Source: Octopus bimaculoides
Taxonomy: Eukaryota
DNA: 64,000 nucleotides
NCBI RefSeq assembly: GCF_001194135.2
Contig: NC_068999.1
Coordinates: 53,777,268 to 53,841,267, forward strand
Direction of reading: 5' to 3'
Shown: piece after piece, positions 27,536 through 39,720 of the stretch
Numbering within the stretch: position 1 is the first letter of the stretch
How the letters are laid out: each line of letters starts with the position of its first letter
Made by a program: the position numbers and the translations under genes
Notes under the pieces: model-generated
The model's input: only the letters and a program-made list of their open reading frames with translations
Database searches by the model: none
What the model was told of the DNA's origin: nothing

Positions 27536-27625
27536 CAGTTATTGTTTAATGTGGCCTCTTGTCAGTTATTGTTTAATGTGGCCTTCTGCCGGTTATTGTT
27601 TAATGTAGCCTTCTGTCGGTGATTG
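27536..27625. repeat. 27 bp minisatellite, ~3.3 units (CAGTTATTGTTTAATGTGGCCTTCTGT)
   Basis: Units start at 27536, 27563, 27590 and 27617. Confidence 0.85.
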
Positions 27626-28844
27626 CGATCAAATATCATTTTTGCCAATTCATTTCTCTCTGCACAAATGAAATATCAAAAACACATTACAGCAATTAGG
27701 TTTTCTGTTATAGTACTGCTGGATAGAGGATTGACATTCTGGAGAGAACCAGGAGAACCAATCACCTATGTGACCATTCTCTCCAGCACCAGCTTCACTT
27801 GTTTCAAAACAACACAAAACAACTTTATTCTTCATCAATGGCAGCTATCTTATTGATTTCACTTTCATTACAGAACATTTGCATAATTGATAATAACAAT
27901 AAGTTTGTTGCTATTATTATTTTTAATATTTACAAATAATGAAGGGGGCAGAATTTGAACTCAGAATGTAATGGCAGATGAGATACTGCTAAGCATTTTG
28001 CCCAGCGTACTAACGATTCTGCCAGCTTGCTGCCCTTACCATAATAATAATAATGACGGAGCTAATTAGTTTTGGTTCTTTCTGTACAAAAAATAGAGAA
28101 GGAAAGAGTTGAGGGAGTTGGAACTAGGGCAAACTTTATCAGGAGCGTTACGGTTGATGGAGGCGGCGGCGGCGGCGGTGGTGGTGGTGGTGGTGGTGGT
28201 GGCGACGACAATGACGACAATGATGACGACAATGACTATAACAATGACGACAACCACGATGATGATGATGATGATAATGATGTAGATTGCAACAATAACG
28301 ATGATGTTAGAAATGATGGCAGTGGCAGTAGTTGTGCTAACAACCGTTGTTATGATGAGGATGCGATAACGACAACAAAATCCATCTGAGCACATCAACA
28401 ACAATAAGAACAACAATAGTAACAATAAGTGTGACAACAATAACCATTTTTAGTTGTTCCAGAGTGAGAAAGAAAGTGAGGGGGTGGAGGAAGAGGTGGA
28501 GAGGGTATTATAACCATGGAAAGGTCAACAGTGTCAAGGAGATCAGTTTCCAGTCTGGTGAAATGAACGATAATTCCTTTTTATATGAAACAGAGAAATT
28601 TCATTAGAAATCACTCAATAATTGCCAGCACTGCTTATATACACTGCTTATATACATGCAGATACATACATACATGGATTCATGGATACGTGTGTGTGTG
28701 TGTGTGTGTGTGTGTGTACATATATGTAAGTGACTGGAATAAATATCTCATAAACATAACAGGCTCAATGACGAAGTATAATTCAAGTTAATAGGATAAA
28801 ATAACAACAACAACTATAATAATTATTTTAAAAAATTTTTTCCA

Positions 28845-29030
28845 CAAAGGCAGCGTGTGAGAGGTGGGGATGTGTCAATTACACCAACCCCAGTGTTCAA
28901 CTGGTACTTATTTTATCGACCTCGAAAGGATGGAAGGCAAAGTTGACTTCAGTGGAATTTGAACTTAGAATGTAAAGACAGATGAAATGCTGTGAAGCAC
29001 TTTTCCCAGTTTGCTAACAGTTCTGCCATG
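28845..29030 (-). mobile_element. SINE family A
   Basis: ..ACTGGTACTTATTTTATCGACCTCGAAAGGATGGAAGGCAAAGTTGAC.. (reverse of the core); a partial copy also lies at ~27945-28036. Confidence 0.75.
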
Positions 29031-29959
29031 ATGATGATGATGAATGATTTCTTTCAATGGCCACATGGGCCCAGGACATGGAGAACAATATCAAAGGATA
29101 CAACAAACAAAACACACACACAAAAAAAAAAACATGGGGTTTACATCAATCAAAGGGAGACACTACAACATTAAAGGATATAAAAAAAGGATATATAAAT
29201 AGAAGTTAGAGAAATAAATAATTAATAAATAAATAAAAAGAGTCCTTAATAGCAGGGCATTCCACTTAGGGTAATTCAGAGTAAATCCTATGCAAAATTC
29301 CCAGGTTACTTTGCCGTCCCCAAGGCAAGAGAAGTGCCCTCTTCCAATTTCTTTCCTCCTACTTAGAAAAGCATACTTAGTGTAGATCCATTCTGTCTCA
29401 TCAGTCTTTCCACTCTCATCCACTTTTTGATAAACACATGAGAAAACAGCACCTCTCTCTCTCTGCCCTCACCTTCCGCTTCTAATTATATTTGAAGAAA
29501 TTGATGAGATCTTAGCCAGATAGGAAAGTTCCTGTCTCCAAAGCTTTCAAACATGTCCACCACACAGCCTCTTTTGCCACAGCCACTAAGTAGAGAAAGA
29601 GCTGCCTTTTTTCTCTGCTAAAGGAAGGTGGTACATCAATCTTCACTATACACTCAGTGGATAACATGGATCACCAGACTTTCCACTCTCATCAACTTTT
29701 TGGTTAAAAACAATACTAGTAATAATTCCAGAGTAGTGGAGAAAATCTCAAAACACTATCTCAAAGCTTTTTCAGAGTCAAAGTAGACTTTGCAGCTGAC
29801 ATTTGCCTGATATTCATTAATGTTGAAACCATGTCTAAGTTAACAGAAAAACTGTGAAAAATTAGATTGAGGGTTAATGTTGAAAAGACAGAAAACACAA
29901 AAAATTCAACGCATTCATCTCTGGCTCTATCATGGCTCGAAAATCACATAGAAGAATGG

Positions 29960-30270
29960 TGACTATAACTGGAGATACTGAGAATGTCGAAGCAAGAATT
30001 GGAATGTGAGTCAAGCCTTTAACATTTTAAGCTCATCTGAAAAGCTAAAGCTTTTTTCCAGATGTATTAAACTGAGAGTTTTCAATGACATCCTGCTATA
30101 TAGTTCTGTAAAATATGCTGTTCTCTTTAGGACAAATATCTTCAGAAACGTTCAAACATTCATTAACAGGTGACCCAGAAACATCCTAAACAGATATCCA
30201 GAAATGGTGAACAACTAAGACTGCTGCGCCAAAGACAAGTAGGAACCATTAGCCAACAAACAGCAAGATG
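29960..30270 (+). mobile_element. RTE-clade LINE relic (C-terminal part of the RT region), heavily degenerate
   Basis: VEARIG..SQAFNIL ... NVQTFINR*PRNILNRYPEMVNN*D...EPLANK resembles the RTE pattern RIGKA..AF..L / KIQTFINRCLRRILxIxWPxxISNE. Confidence 0.6.
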
Positions 30271-30814
30271 CACATAGAGATAAGGAGGGTATACACTATA
30301 TGGGTATGCAAACATCTTTATATCCATGTACCTATGTATATATATATATATATATATATATNNNNNNNNNNNNNNNNNNNNNNNNNNNNNNNNNNNNNNN
30401 NNNNNNNNNNNNNNNNNNNNNNNNNNNNNNNNNNNNNNNNNNNNNNNNNNNNNNNNNNNNNNNNNNNNNNNNNNNNNNNNNNNNNNNNNNNNNNNNNNNN
30501 NNNNNNNNNNNNNNNNNNNNNNNNNNNNNNNNNNNNNNNNNNNNNNNNNNNNNNNNNNNNNNNNNNNNNNNNNNNNNNNNNNNNNNNNNNNNNNNNNNNN
30601 NNNNNNNNNNNNNNNNNNNNNNNNNNNNNNNNNNNNNNNNNNNNNNNNNNNNNNNNNNNNNNNNNNNNNNNNNNNNNNNNNNNNNNNNNNNNNNNNNNNN
30701 NNNNNNNNNNNNNNNNNNNNNNNNNNNNNNNNNNNNNNNNNNNNNNNNNNNNNNNNNNNNNNNNNNNNNNNNNNNNNNNNNNNNNNNNNNNNNNNNNNNN
30801 NNNNNNNNNNNNNN

Positions 30815-31055
30815 GTGCGGGTGGCACATAAAAGACACCATTTCGAGCGTGGCCGTTTTCGTGCGGGTGACACGTAAAAGCACCCACTACACTCTCTGAG
30901 TGGTTGGCGTTAGGAAGGGCATCCAGCTGTAGAAACTCTGCCAAATCAGACTGGAGCCTGGTGTTGCCATCCGGTTTCACCAGTCCTCAGTCAAATCGTC
31001 CAACCCATGCTAGCATGGAAAGCGGACGTTAAACGATGATGATGATGATGATGAT
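30815..31055 (+). mobile_element. SINE family C 3' half with (GAT)n tail, low divergence
   Basis: Nearly identical to 39098-39254 over ~150 bp; CpGs largely intact. The 5' part is lost in the N-gap. Confidence 0.8.
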
Positions 31056-31719
31056 AAAAAACGATAAATGTTGCCCTTTCAAAGCCTAGCCAGGTTCATA
31101 GGCCCGGTTTCCCGGTTTCTATGGCACATGTGTTCCCCCCAGCTGGACAGGACGCCACTCCATTGCAGCGTTACTCAAGAAACAGGAAGAAACAGTGCAT
31201 AAAATGTGATCTGTAAAACGAAGCTTGAAGTTAGATTTCTTCTCAGAGGACAAGGAGCAAATATTTAAAAAAATAAAACAATAAAACCTTGTTTGCCAAA
31301 AATGTTGGATTTGCATCCCCTAAGCAAATTTTGATCCCAGCCCAGTGTCCTTGACCCATCCTATTTCCTCCACCTTCATTCTTCCAAGCTGATTTTCATC
31401 ATTAACCACAACTCTATTTGTGTTCGCCATTCACTGATTCCCTTTTATTCCCACCTCTATCCATCTGCCCTTCTCCTTTCACACTCTTATTATCCTACCT
31501 ACCCATTCTCCCTGTCCAATCCTGTGGATTATTTCTCTAAAGTTCGTCTTTCTGTAACTCAAGAGTATGCCCTGACATCTCGGCATCATCTTCTCTCCTC
31601 TTCCAACTGGAGTGGCTATGTACATCTCTACTGCAAAATACCTGTTTCTAGCCCCCTATCATACTTTAGTCACTCATCACGTGCTATAAGGCCACCTCCC
31701 TCAATACTACACCCACTCA

Positions 31720-31945
31720 GCTGAGGGATCTTGTCTTGCGAGTTATTTGGTGACCCCACTTATGTTGGTGCCATGTAAGAAACACCCAGTTATCTGTGAA
31801 GTGGTTAGCACTAGGAAGGGTATCCAGCTGTAGAAGCCGTGCCAAAGCAGACATGGGAGATTAGCACAGTCCTCTGGCTTGTTGGTACTTCTCAGCAATC
31901 CAACCCATGCCAGCATGGAAAATGGACGTTAAACGACGACGATGA
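31720..31945 (+). mobile_element. SINE family C
   Basis: ..TAGGAAGGGTATCCAGCTGTAGAAG..CCAACCCATGCCAGCATGGAAAATGGACGTTAAACGACGACGATGA. Confidence 0.7.
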
Positions 31946-32544
31946 CCACACCCACAAAGCTGTTTATTCATCTATCTTACATTACATTTTGGTGTATGGT
32001 TGTGTGATAGTCTGTATGTGTGGGATATGTGCTTACGTACGACCATACGTAATCGTATAATATAATTTGTCTTTGTATACATTTACATAACCATAGATAT
32101 GCATGTGTACATGTTTATGTGTGTGTGTGTGTGTGTGTGTGTTCTTAAAAAGTCATTCATCTTCTCAAAGTTGAATATTGATATATTCTATCGATCATTA
32201 AGGAAAATGAACCAACAAACTATGTTAACTTTCAGCTATGCTTCAGGAAGTCTATTTATGGTCTGAAACGATAAACTTCACGTCAAGGTGTGTGTTTCAG
32301 AAATTGAAATTTTAAAAAATAGGTCAAATACCGCTCTCTCTCTCTCTCTCTCTCTCTCTCAAAAGAAGAAACAAAATATATATATATATATTAATTTACA
32401 CAGCATAACTGAATATAAAAAAACAACTTATGTTTTATAATGACTTTGATATACACGTGCAATTATTTTATAATTGTGTTACGATAATTCTGTTATGACA
32501 GAGCAGACGAAAAAAATATTTGGTGTGGACATGAAAATGCTTAC

Positions 32545-32768
32545 TTCCTCTGCTAAATGTTGTTGATAGCATCCGGGTTACTGGCGGAAACTAGGCAAGC
32601 AGACGACTTCCTGTTCCGCCATCGGGATGCGATTTATAAGTACGTTTGATTCATTTTTAAACAAATTTCTCTCGTCTTTCTTCACAACCAAATATTCCTT
32701 TCATATGTTAACACAGCCACTTTACCTGCCCAGACAAGCCTGAGGACGTTCGTACCTTGATTTACAAG
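32545..32768. promoter_or_regulatory. Candidate NALCN promoter / non-coding first exon, possibly bidirectional
   Basis: Locally CpG-rich non-repetitive sequence with ETS-like ACTTCCTG (32606) and GGCGGAAA and YY1-like CCGCCAT (32616). There is a + strand donor CAAG|GTGAGA at 32769 and a - strand donor GAA|GTAAGC at 32544. An upstream exon is needed because the ATG exon has an acceptor at 40116. Confidence 0.45.
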
Positions 32769-32867
32769 GTGAGACTGCCGACATTTTCTTTGCTCATATC
32801 TTATACAACCTTCTTTTTTCTTGTCCCACCTCACCTGTCCCTCCCTCTCTTTCTCTCTGTATATATA

Positions 32868-32905
<38 letters not shown>

Positions 32906-34914
32906 ATGCTACACACACGTTTCTCTTGTCTTTCTCCTTCCTTTTAATCTGTCAGCCTCCTTTCGTCTCTTGTCATTGTTTTATTCCCTCCTCTACCCCG
33001 TCTTCTTCCTCCCTTTCCACTCCATATCTCTGTTTCTCTCGTAATCTTTCTTTCCCTTCTCTTCTTACTTACTCCTTCTCTTCTCTTTCTCCATCTCTCT
33101 CCACCTCACTCCTTTCCTTACCTACACCTCTCCATCCTCTTTCCATCTACCTTCCTTCCTTCCTTTCTCTCATTCTCTCCGTATCTTTTTTAGTCTTTCT
33201 CTTCGCCATCTTCTCTCGTGTCCCCACCCCCTTTCTCCGTCCGCGCACCTCTCTCTCTCTATCTTTGTTCCTTCATCACTTCTCCCCTCCTCTCTCTCTC
33301 TCTCTATCCAAAAGTCTCAATCACAGCCTTTCCAATGGCCTGACTTGGTACCTGGTACAGCTTTTATTCTCTGTCTTTGTATTATTATTATTAGGTAAGA
33401 ATACTAAACTGTCGTCATTGATGGACTGGAGGATCTTCCAACTGTTGCTATTCCCCGTTCTAACTGTTGCTGTTTCTCTTTTGTTGTTGTTATTGTTATT
33501 TAACTCCGGGTCAGCCCTGGTGAAGCAGTTCTATGAACAAAGACATTCCCGCCCTGACCATCTCATCTTTTTGTGTAACTACATTGTCCAATGTGTCCTT
33601 TTTCTCTTCTAGACGATGAAGCGATTCGGGAAGATTTGGCTGTTATTTCTAGCAAATTGTGCCACCATATAGGGGCTCCTTCGTTGGTTGTTGTTACTGT
33701 CAGTCTTGTTCACAATCATCACTTTATTCCAACTTCTTTTTTATAATTTCATAGTTCTTTTCTCACCTTGTTGAGCCCCAGTTCAGCCCCGAATAAGCAG
33801 TAACCCTACGATCAGAGCCAATTCTACCGTTGACCATGTCTTTTCCTATGATTCGTATATCTAGAATTTTAACACGATAGCAGAGTGAGTTGGGGAGGGT
33901 TCTGCTATTATTTCTAGCAGATCACTATTATTATTGTTCCTATTTACCTTGTCTAAACCCTTCCCCATCCTAACTCCGTTGTCACTTTCCACCGTCTTAA
34001 TTACTGAATTCCAGGTAAACTCTGATCAAACAGGCTTATGATCAAAGACTTTCCAACTATGACCATCCCATATTTTATTGAGTCAAACATAGTATATCGC
34101 AGAACTATATCGTCTAATTCCTTCTTTCCATTTCTAAAGACATTAAAGTGATTTGAAAGAGATTTTGGCTGCTGTTTCTCGCTGATCGACCGACTACGTA
34201 GAAACTCCATCGAACACGAAGAGACGTTTCCTCTTGGTATAATATTACAGTTTCTTAAAACCCTCCTTCTTCTTCCTCACCCGCAAAAACTTCACCTTCA
34301 AAACCAATTCCACGTTCGTTCCTACTGTTTGTCTCTTTTACTCTCTTTTACGACCGCAGTAGTCTCTTGTAAACAGATTTATCCAAACATCACCTTTAAT
34401 ACTATTTATAACGACCTGAGGAGGCGAGGGTGCACTAGATTCCCCCAAATAACGACCCTACCACCTTAAGTAAGAAAGGTCACATTGGATTGTATAGTCC
34501 TACATATTTGTAAAAAGACGGAATGGTAACGACTAGAATGCCTTTGATCAGAGGTCTGGTCAATCAGGATTTACCTGGGGCTAAACAAGATCAACACGAC
34601 TTGTGTACCTGTATGTGTGAATTTGTATATAGATCTCTTGATAAGTGTATATACATACAAATATACGTACACCGAACACGCACGCACATTAGTGTGTAGG
34701 GAAAGAGAAGGGTGGAGGGGCAGTGGTTGTCTTTATTTATTTCATTATTGTTCCTATGTTTCTCATTTTATCTCTTACATCAGAAGTAATTTCTTTCTTT
34801 CGTTGTTGGTTCAATATCTCAGGTTTGTAGGAAGGAGGTAGGGAATTGAGATTCTGTGACATTCATTCTGTTAGCCGTATAAAATGGCTCCAACCGAGAA
34901 TAATAATAATGGTT

Positions 34915-35077
34915 TCAAATTATGGCACAATGCCAGCAATTACGGGGGAAGGAGTAAGTCGATTACATCGACTCCAGTGCTCAACTGGTACTTATCTTAT
35001 CGACCCCGAAAGGATGAAAGGTAAAGTCGACCTCGGCGGAATTTGAGCTCAGAACGTAAAGACGGACGAAATGCCGC

Positions 35078-35080
<3 letters not shown>
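34915..35080 (-). mobile_element. SINE family A, CpG-intact copy
   Basis: ATCGACCCCGAAAGGATGAAAGGTAAAGTCGACCTCGGCGGAATTTGAGCTCAGAACGTAAAGACGGACGAAATGCCGC; further fragments lie at 35140-35520. Confidence 0.8.
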
Positions 35081-35118
<38 letters not shown>

Positions 35119-35307
35119 TTTATAATTTTGACACAATAATAGTTTAGGCACAAAACCAACAATTTTGAAGTGTGGGGTTAGTCGATGCTATCGACCCAGT
35201 CTTTGACTACTACTTTATTTTATCGATCCGAAAGGACACAGTTGACATCGGCAAGATTTGAAAGCACCAAAGTCAACTTCGCCTTTCATCCTTTCGGGGG
35301 TCGATAA

Positions 35308-35350
<43 letters not shown>

Positions 35351-37066
35351 GTAACAATAGTGGTAATAATCCTAATGATTTCTTAAGCACAAGGCCAGTG
35401 ATTTCGAGAGGATGGGTGTTAGCCGATACCGCCGACTCCAGTACTTCACTGGTACTTGGGTCGATACAATCGACTGGTGCCCCTCCTCCACCTCGAAACT
35501 GGCCTCATGCCTAACTAAATTAGAAATCATTATCTTTATGAATAGGTGTATCTGCGTTTGATGGTTTCTTCCTCTATTTTTAATATTGATTTCTTCGATG
35601 GATATCGTATTTGGACATAAGATTTATAGGGAAATAGAACGAAGTGGGGGAAGGGGTTAACTGGAAGGTGTGACGTTCAGACAATCTCGAAGAAGGGCAA
35701 AAGTTGAATCGGATAGCGATTACGGTTTTATTGAGAACTTTACCGTCTCATTTCTACTTTCGCACACGTAGATGATAAATAAATTGCTTTTTCACATCAG
35801 TAATCACAGCCAAAATCTGTCGGGAAGTGGGAACGTGGATTAATGATCTTTATGCCTTTTCCAAGGTCGTTAGTGACGTAATTGAAAATTGTTCCAACTT
35901 AGAATCGAAACCAGAGCCTTGTTCCTTAATCACCCAGAATTTACGACTGCATCATAGCTCTTATTAAGTCTCTATCTTTGCGTGTATGTAAAATGATGAT
36001 GTTATAATCGAGTAACACTATCTCAATATATTATTGATATTTATTTTATCGATACCAGGGGCCAACTTTGGCACGATTTAAACTCAGAACGGTACTTGCA
36101 TCACATCAAACTAAATACAATGAAGTATCTAGGTTAGTGCTGATGGGTTTCTATCTCATGCCACGAGAAAAAAGAAAATCATCGTCGTCATCAACCTTAT
36201 CAACCCACTCGTTAATATGTTGTGGCCGCTCTCTTTCTGCTACAACGGGTTCTGCTTCGCACCCTCAATATCCACCTGCCTTTCTTTAACTCGTCATTTC
36301 TAGCATAGACATTGTGTTACACTTCGCTTAACAAACCACCCTACCCTTCCTAAACCCTTTTGAAACTCAGTGCCTTACCTCCCATCTGTGCATCGTTAAA
36401 CTGTGGAAGTTAAAACCTCATATTGACTTATTTGTCCTCTCTTCACCGCCCCCCCCCCAGTTTGCTCCTGGCCGGAAATGGTCTCAGGTACATATCCCCT
36501 CTTCCTTAATGTATAAAAAGATCCCTCGGTCAATACCATCACCCACTCGTCGTTTGTATAGACCTCTCTTATGTAATTGTGTCGATAGATAAGCCGAAAT
36601 CTTCTTTTATTGTTACGATTATTTTAGACCGGGAGATTCCAGGACTGCGTCCACTGTAGTTTTCCTTTCTTTAAGACGATAGTATATGATATGAGAAAGA
36701 CCTAGCTGCTATTTCAAGCAGTTCTCGTGATCACACCGAGAGTCCTTCATTGATTCTGGGAAAACGAATAGTGTGAGGTGGTTCCAGCGTTTCCCATCTA
36801 AGTGAAGTTAATTGGCTTAAACTAGCAACTGAAACCGCGCACCGGCTCGGCTCGGCTCGGCTCGGCTTAAACATTGCCTATTGTTCCACGTTGCTCTTTA
36901 CACTATTAAGAAAATGTTTACTACGATGAAAGTAAACAAGATGAGGTGGGCTCCATCTCTGATGCAAAATGTACAATAAACGAAACTTTGTTACGTTATT
37001 TAATCTTTGATTATTTTCTTTCAAGGACGCGCGCGCACACAGGCACACTTACGTACACGCACGCAT

Positions 37067-37123
<57 letters not shown>

Positions 37124-39097
37124 CATATAGTCTGCAAAATGTTACATAGTACTCATTAGTGTTCTATTAAACCACACTTATGTACATATATACGCACTCT
37201 CCAGCACTTAACCAATTTATTTACGTATAGATTATTATATTATTCCTTTGTAAAACAGCTTCCACTATCACTCTTTTTATAGTGTAATATATATTTAGGG
37301 GAATTTTTTTTTCTTTTCTTTTCTAGAATCATAATTTTCATTCTTTGAAAAATTAGAATATTTTTTAAAAAAATGAAGTGGGAGAAAAATTCCCCTTTTC
37401 CTTTCCCATGAAATAGAGGACTTCGAGGGATGGCTGTTCCAATCTCGCCTATGTGTGTGTGTGTGTGTGTGTGTGAATGCGCGCACACGCACAAAATCTG
37501 AGTCTGTTTCCTACAAGCTATGTTACCATAGCAGCCTAGGCATACGTGCAGGTTTGACAGTTTGTTTGTTTTGTTTTTTTTTTTGACACTTGTTGACATG
37601 CCTGTATGTATGCACATGTGTTTATGTGTTTTAATACGATTGCCATTATTAATATATGGTATCAAAACAATTCCCTCTTGTGTTTCTGCACTTAACCTAT
37701 CTATTTAGCGGCTCAGAAGACGCTGTCTTTGGCCCCACTCTTAATATCCGTAACTCGCTACCTGTACGTTTGCCTAGCTATCTTGCTGACCGTCTATGTT
37801 CATCTCTGTAGGTAGCCAGCTACGTGTCTCTCCATGTGTCTGGTTTTGTTTGCTTATCGGGCTGTCTGTTAGTCTGTCTCTATCTCTGCTGGTCTATCTG
37901 TGCCTGGTTATCTATTTATCTCCGACCATTTGAATCTCTGTCTATGTCTTACATGTCGGTTTGTCTGTCTATCTAGTTAACCATTTATTTATCTCAGTCT
38001 AATCTGCTCATGTTATCAATTAGTCTGTCAGCCTATCTTCTTTCTTCATCCTTCTTACATCCGTCACTTCCATTTACTTCTCTCCATCTTCTTAATCTCT
38101 CAGTATATACTCCATACTCCATACTGTCCATCCAGCCTCTGCTAAACTTTTCCATTCAAGCTCCAAATATTTATCGCTGTCATCTCTAATTTCCTGTTTA
38201 CCCTACTTAGCTCTGTTAATCTAGCTTCTTTCTTCTTTCCTATTATTGCTCTGTTACTTAATGTCTTTAAGACGATTTCTTAGACTCAACATTAAATTCC
38301 AACGTAATTAGATTCTTTCATTCTACTCTTTTCTTCTACTTCTAATCATCATCATCATCACAATCACCGCACTTTTCATCATCATCATCATCAATAGTAT
38401 TTGCAGCAGCACCTTCATTTTCATATTCTGCCAAGTTTTCATATACAGTACAAGACATTCATCTTTTTGTGCAGACTAACTCTTGAGCCACTACTGCTGA
38501 AACTAGTATTGTTGAGAGGCATTCTATTTGAACAAGAACATGGAAGAGCCATGCTGATATCTGTGGATGACATCATCATATTAGTCATAATAGTGGTGTA
38601 TTCCTCAGAGATAAAAGTGGTGAGATAGGAATATGAGGCAATGACAAGAGGAGAAATTAACCCAAATAAGTCAATGGGTTTGCAAGTTCATGCAAGTTCT
38701 GGAGAATCAAGTTCATGCTGCCAGCCATCATCATGGATGTTGGACTAACAGGCAGATTAAGTTGCTTGGACACTTGTTTGGAGGTCCAAACTAGCCTGAC
38801 AGAAACTGAGGCAAGGTTATGAGTAAAGTGGCCCGCTTTGCACATAAGAGAAGCATCTCTAGATTAGAGCATTTGTTCTTTCACTTGTGGAGGAGATGCA
38901 TTCCACTGGTAACATGGTCCATCTGCTGCCAATATCTGTGTAGAGGGCTTGGCATCCTGTGGTCGTTGATGCACAGACATGCTGAAGATTCAGCATCTGC
39001 AGAGGTTTCTAAATGGTCAGCAAATATGGTGACTTTTTGTCAAGCATGTGTGAAATTAAAAATATAAAATGACAATTTACCCATTGCACCTTATATA

Positions 39098-39254
39098 TTG
39101 GCGTTAGGAAGGGCATCCAGCTGTAGAAACTCTGCCAAATTTAGATTGGAGCCTGGTGTTGCCATCTGGTTTCACCAGTCCTCAGTCAAATCGTCCAACC
39201 CATGCTAGCATGGAAAGCAGACGTTAAACGATGATGATGATGATGATGATGATA
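39098..39254 (+). mobile_element. SINE family C 3' tail (5'-truncated)
   Basis: TTGGCGTTAGGAAGGGCATCCAGCTGTAGAAACTCTGCC...GACGTTAAACGATGATGATG. Confidence 0.8.
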
Positions 39255-39269
39255 TTTATATTGCTTTTA

Positions 39270-39490
39270 AATTTTGGCACAAGGCCAGCAACTTCAGGAG
39301 AGCAGGTAAGTACCAGTTAAACACCGGGGTCGATGTAAACTACCCCAGTATTTAACTGGAACTTATTTTATTGACCCTGAAAAAATGAAAGGCAAAGTCA
39401 ACCTCAGCAAAATTTGAACTCAGAATGGGAAGATGGATGAAATGCTGCTAAACATTTCACCCAGCATACTAACAATTTTGCCAGCCTGCT
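39270..39490 (-). mobile_element. SINE family A
   Basis: ..ATTGACCCTGAAAAAATGAAAGGCAAAGTCAACCTCAGCAAAATTTGAACTCAGAATG..TTTTGCCAGCCTGC. Confidence 0.7.
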
Positions 39491-39504
39491 ACTTTGTTAT
39501 ATAT

Positions 39505-39720
39505 GCATCATCATCATCATCTCATCCTTTAACAGCCGTTTTCCATGCTAACATAGTTTGGATGGTTTGACCAGAACTGGCAAGCAGGAGAGCTGCACCA
39601 GGTTCTAGTCTGATTTGACTTGGTTCTATAGCTGGATGCCCTTCCTAATGCCAACCACTTTACAGTGTGTGCTGGCACAGATGCTATTATTTGGCATCAG
39701 CATGGGTGCTTTTTATGTGG
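39505..39720 (-). mobile_element. SINE family C
   Basis: CATCATCATC..TTTAACAGCCGTTTTCCATGCT..GCTGGATGCCCTTCCTAATGCCAACCAC (reverse of the family C tail). Confidence 0.7.

Noticed and set aside
27536-27625. Regularly spaced repeats (also 50729-50893) considered as CRISPR-like
   Set aside because: Head-to-tail units without unique spacers, in a eukaryotic context with no cas genes.
28040-28081. Strong minus-strand acceptor and GTAAG donor that might be exon 2 of the putative antisense gene
   Set aside because: Joining it to the phase-1 first exon gives a stop after 6 codons, and the donor coincides with the start of a SINE.
29260-29720. Repeated CTTTCCACTCTCATC(C/A)ACTTTTT motif suggesting an LTR or DIRS fragment
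   Set aside because: No terminal signatures or coding motifs recognised.
32821-33612. 263 aa S/L/F/P-rich ORF
   Set aside because: Produced by a pyrimidine-rich (CT) low-complexity tract and repeat fragments; no domain.
38400-39070. Possible degenerate RTE relic (RQIKLLGHL)
   Set aside because: The similarity rests on one short motif; too weak to call without a search.
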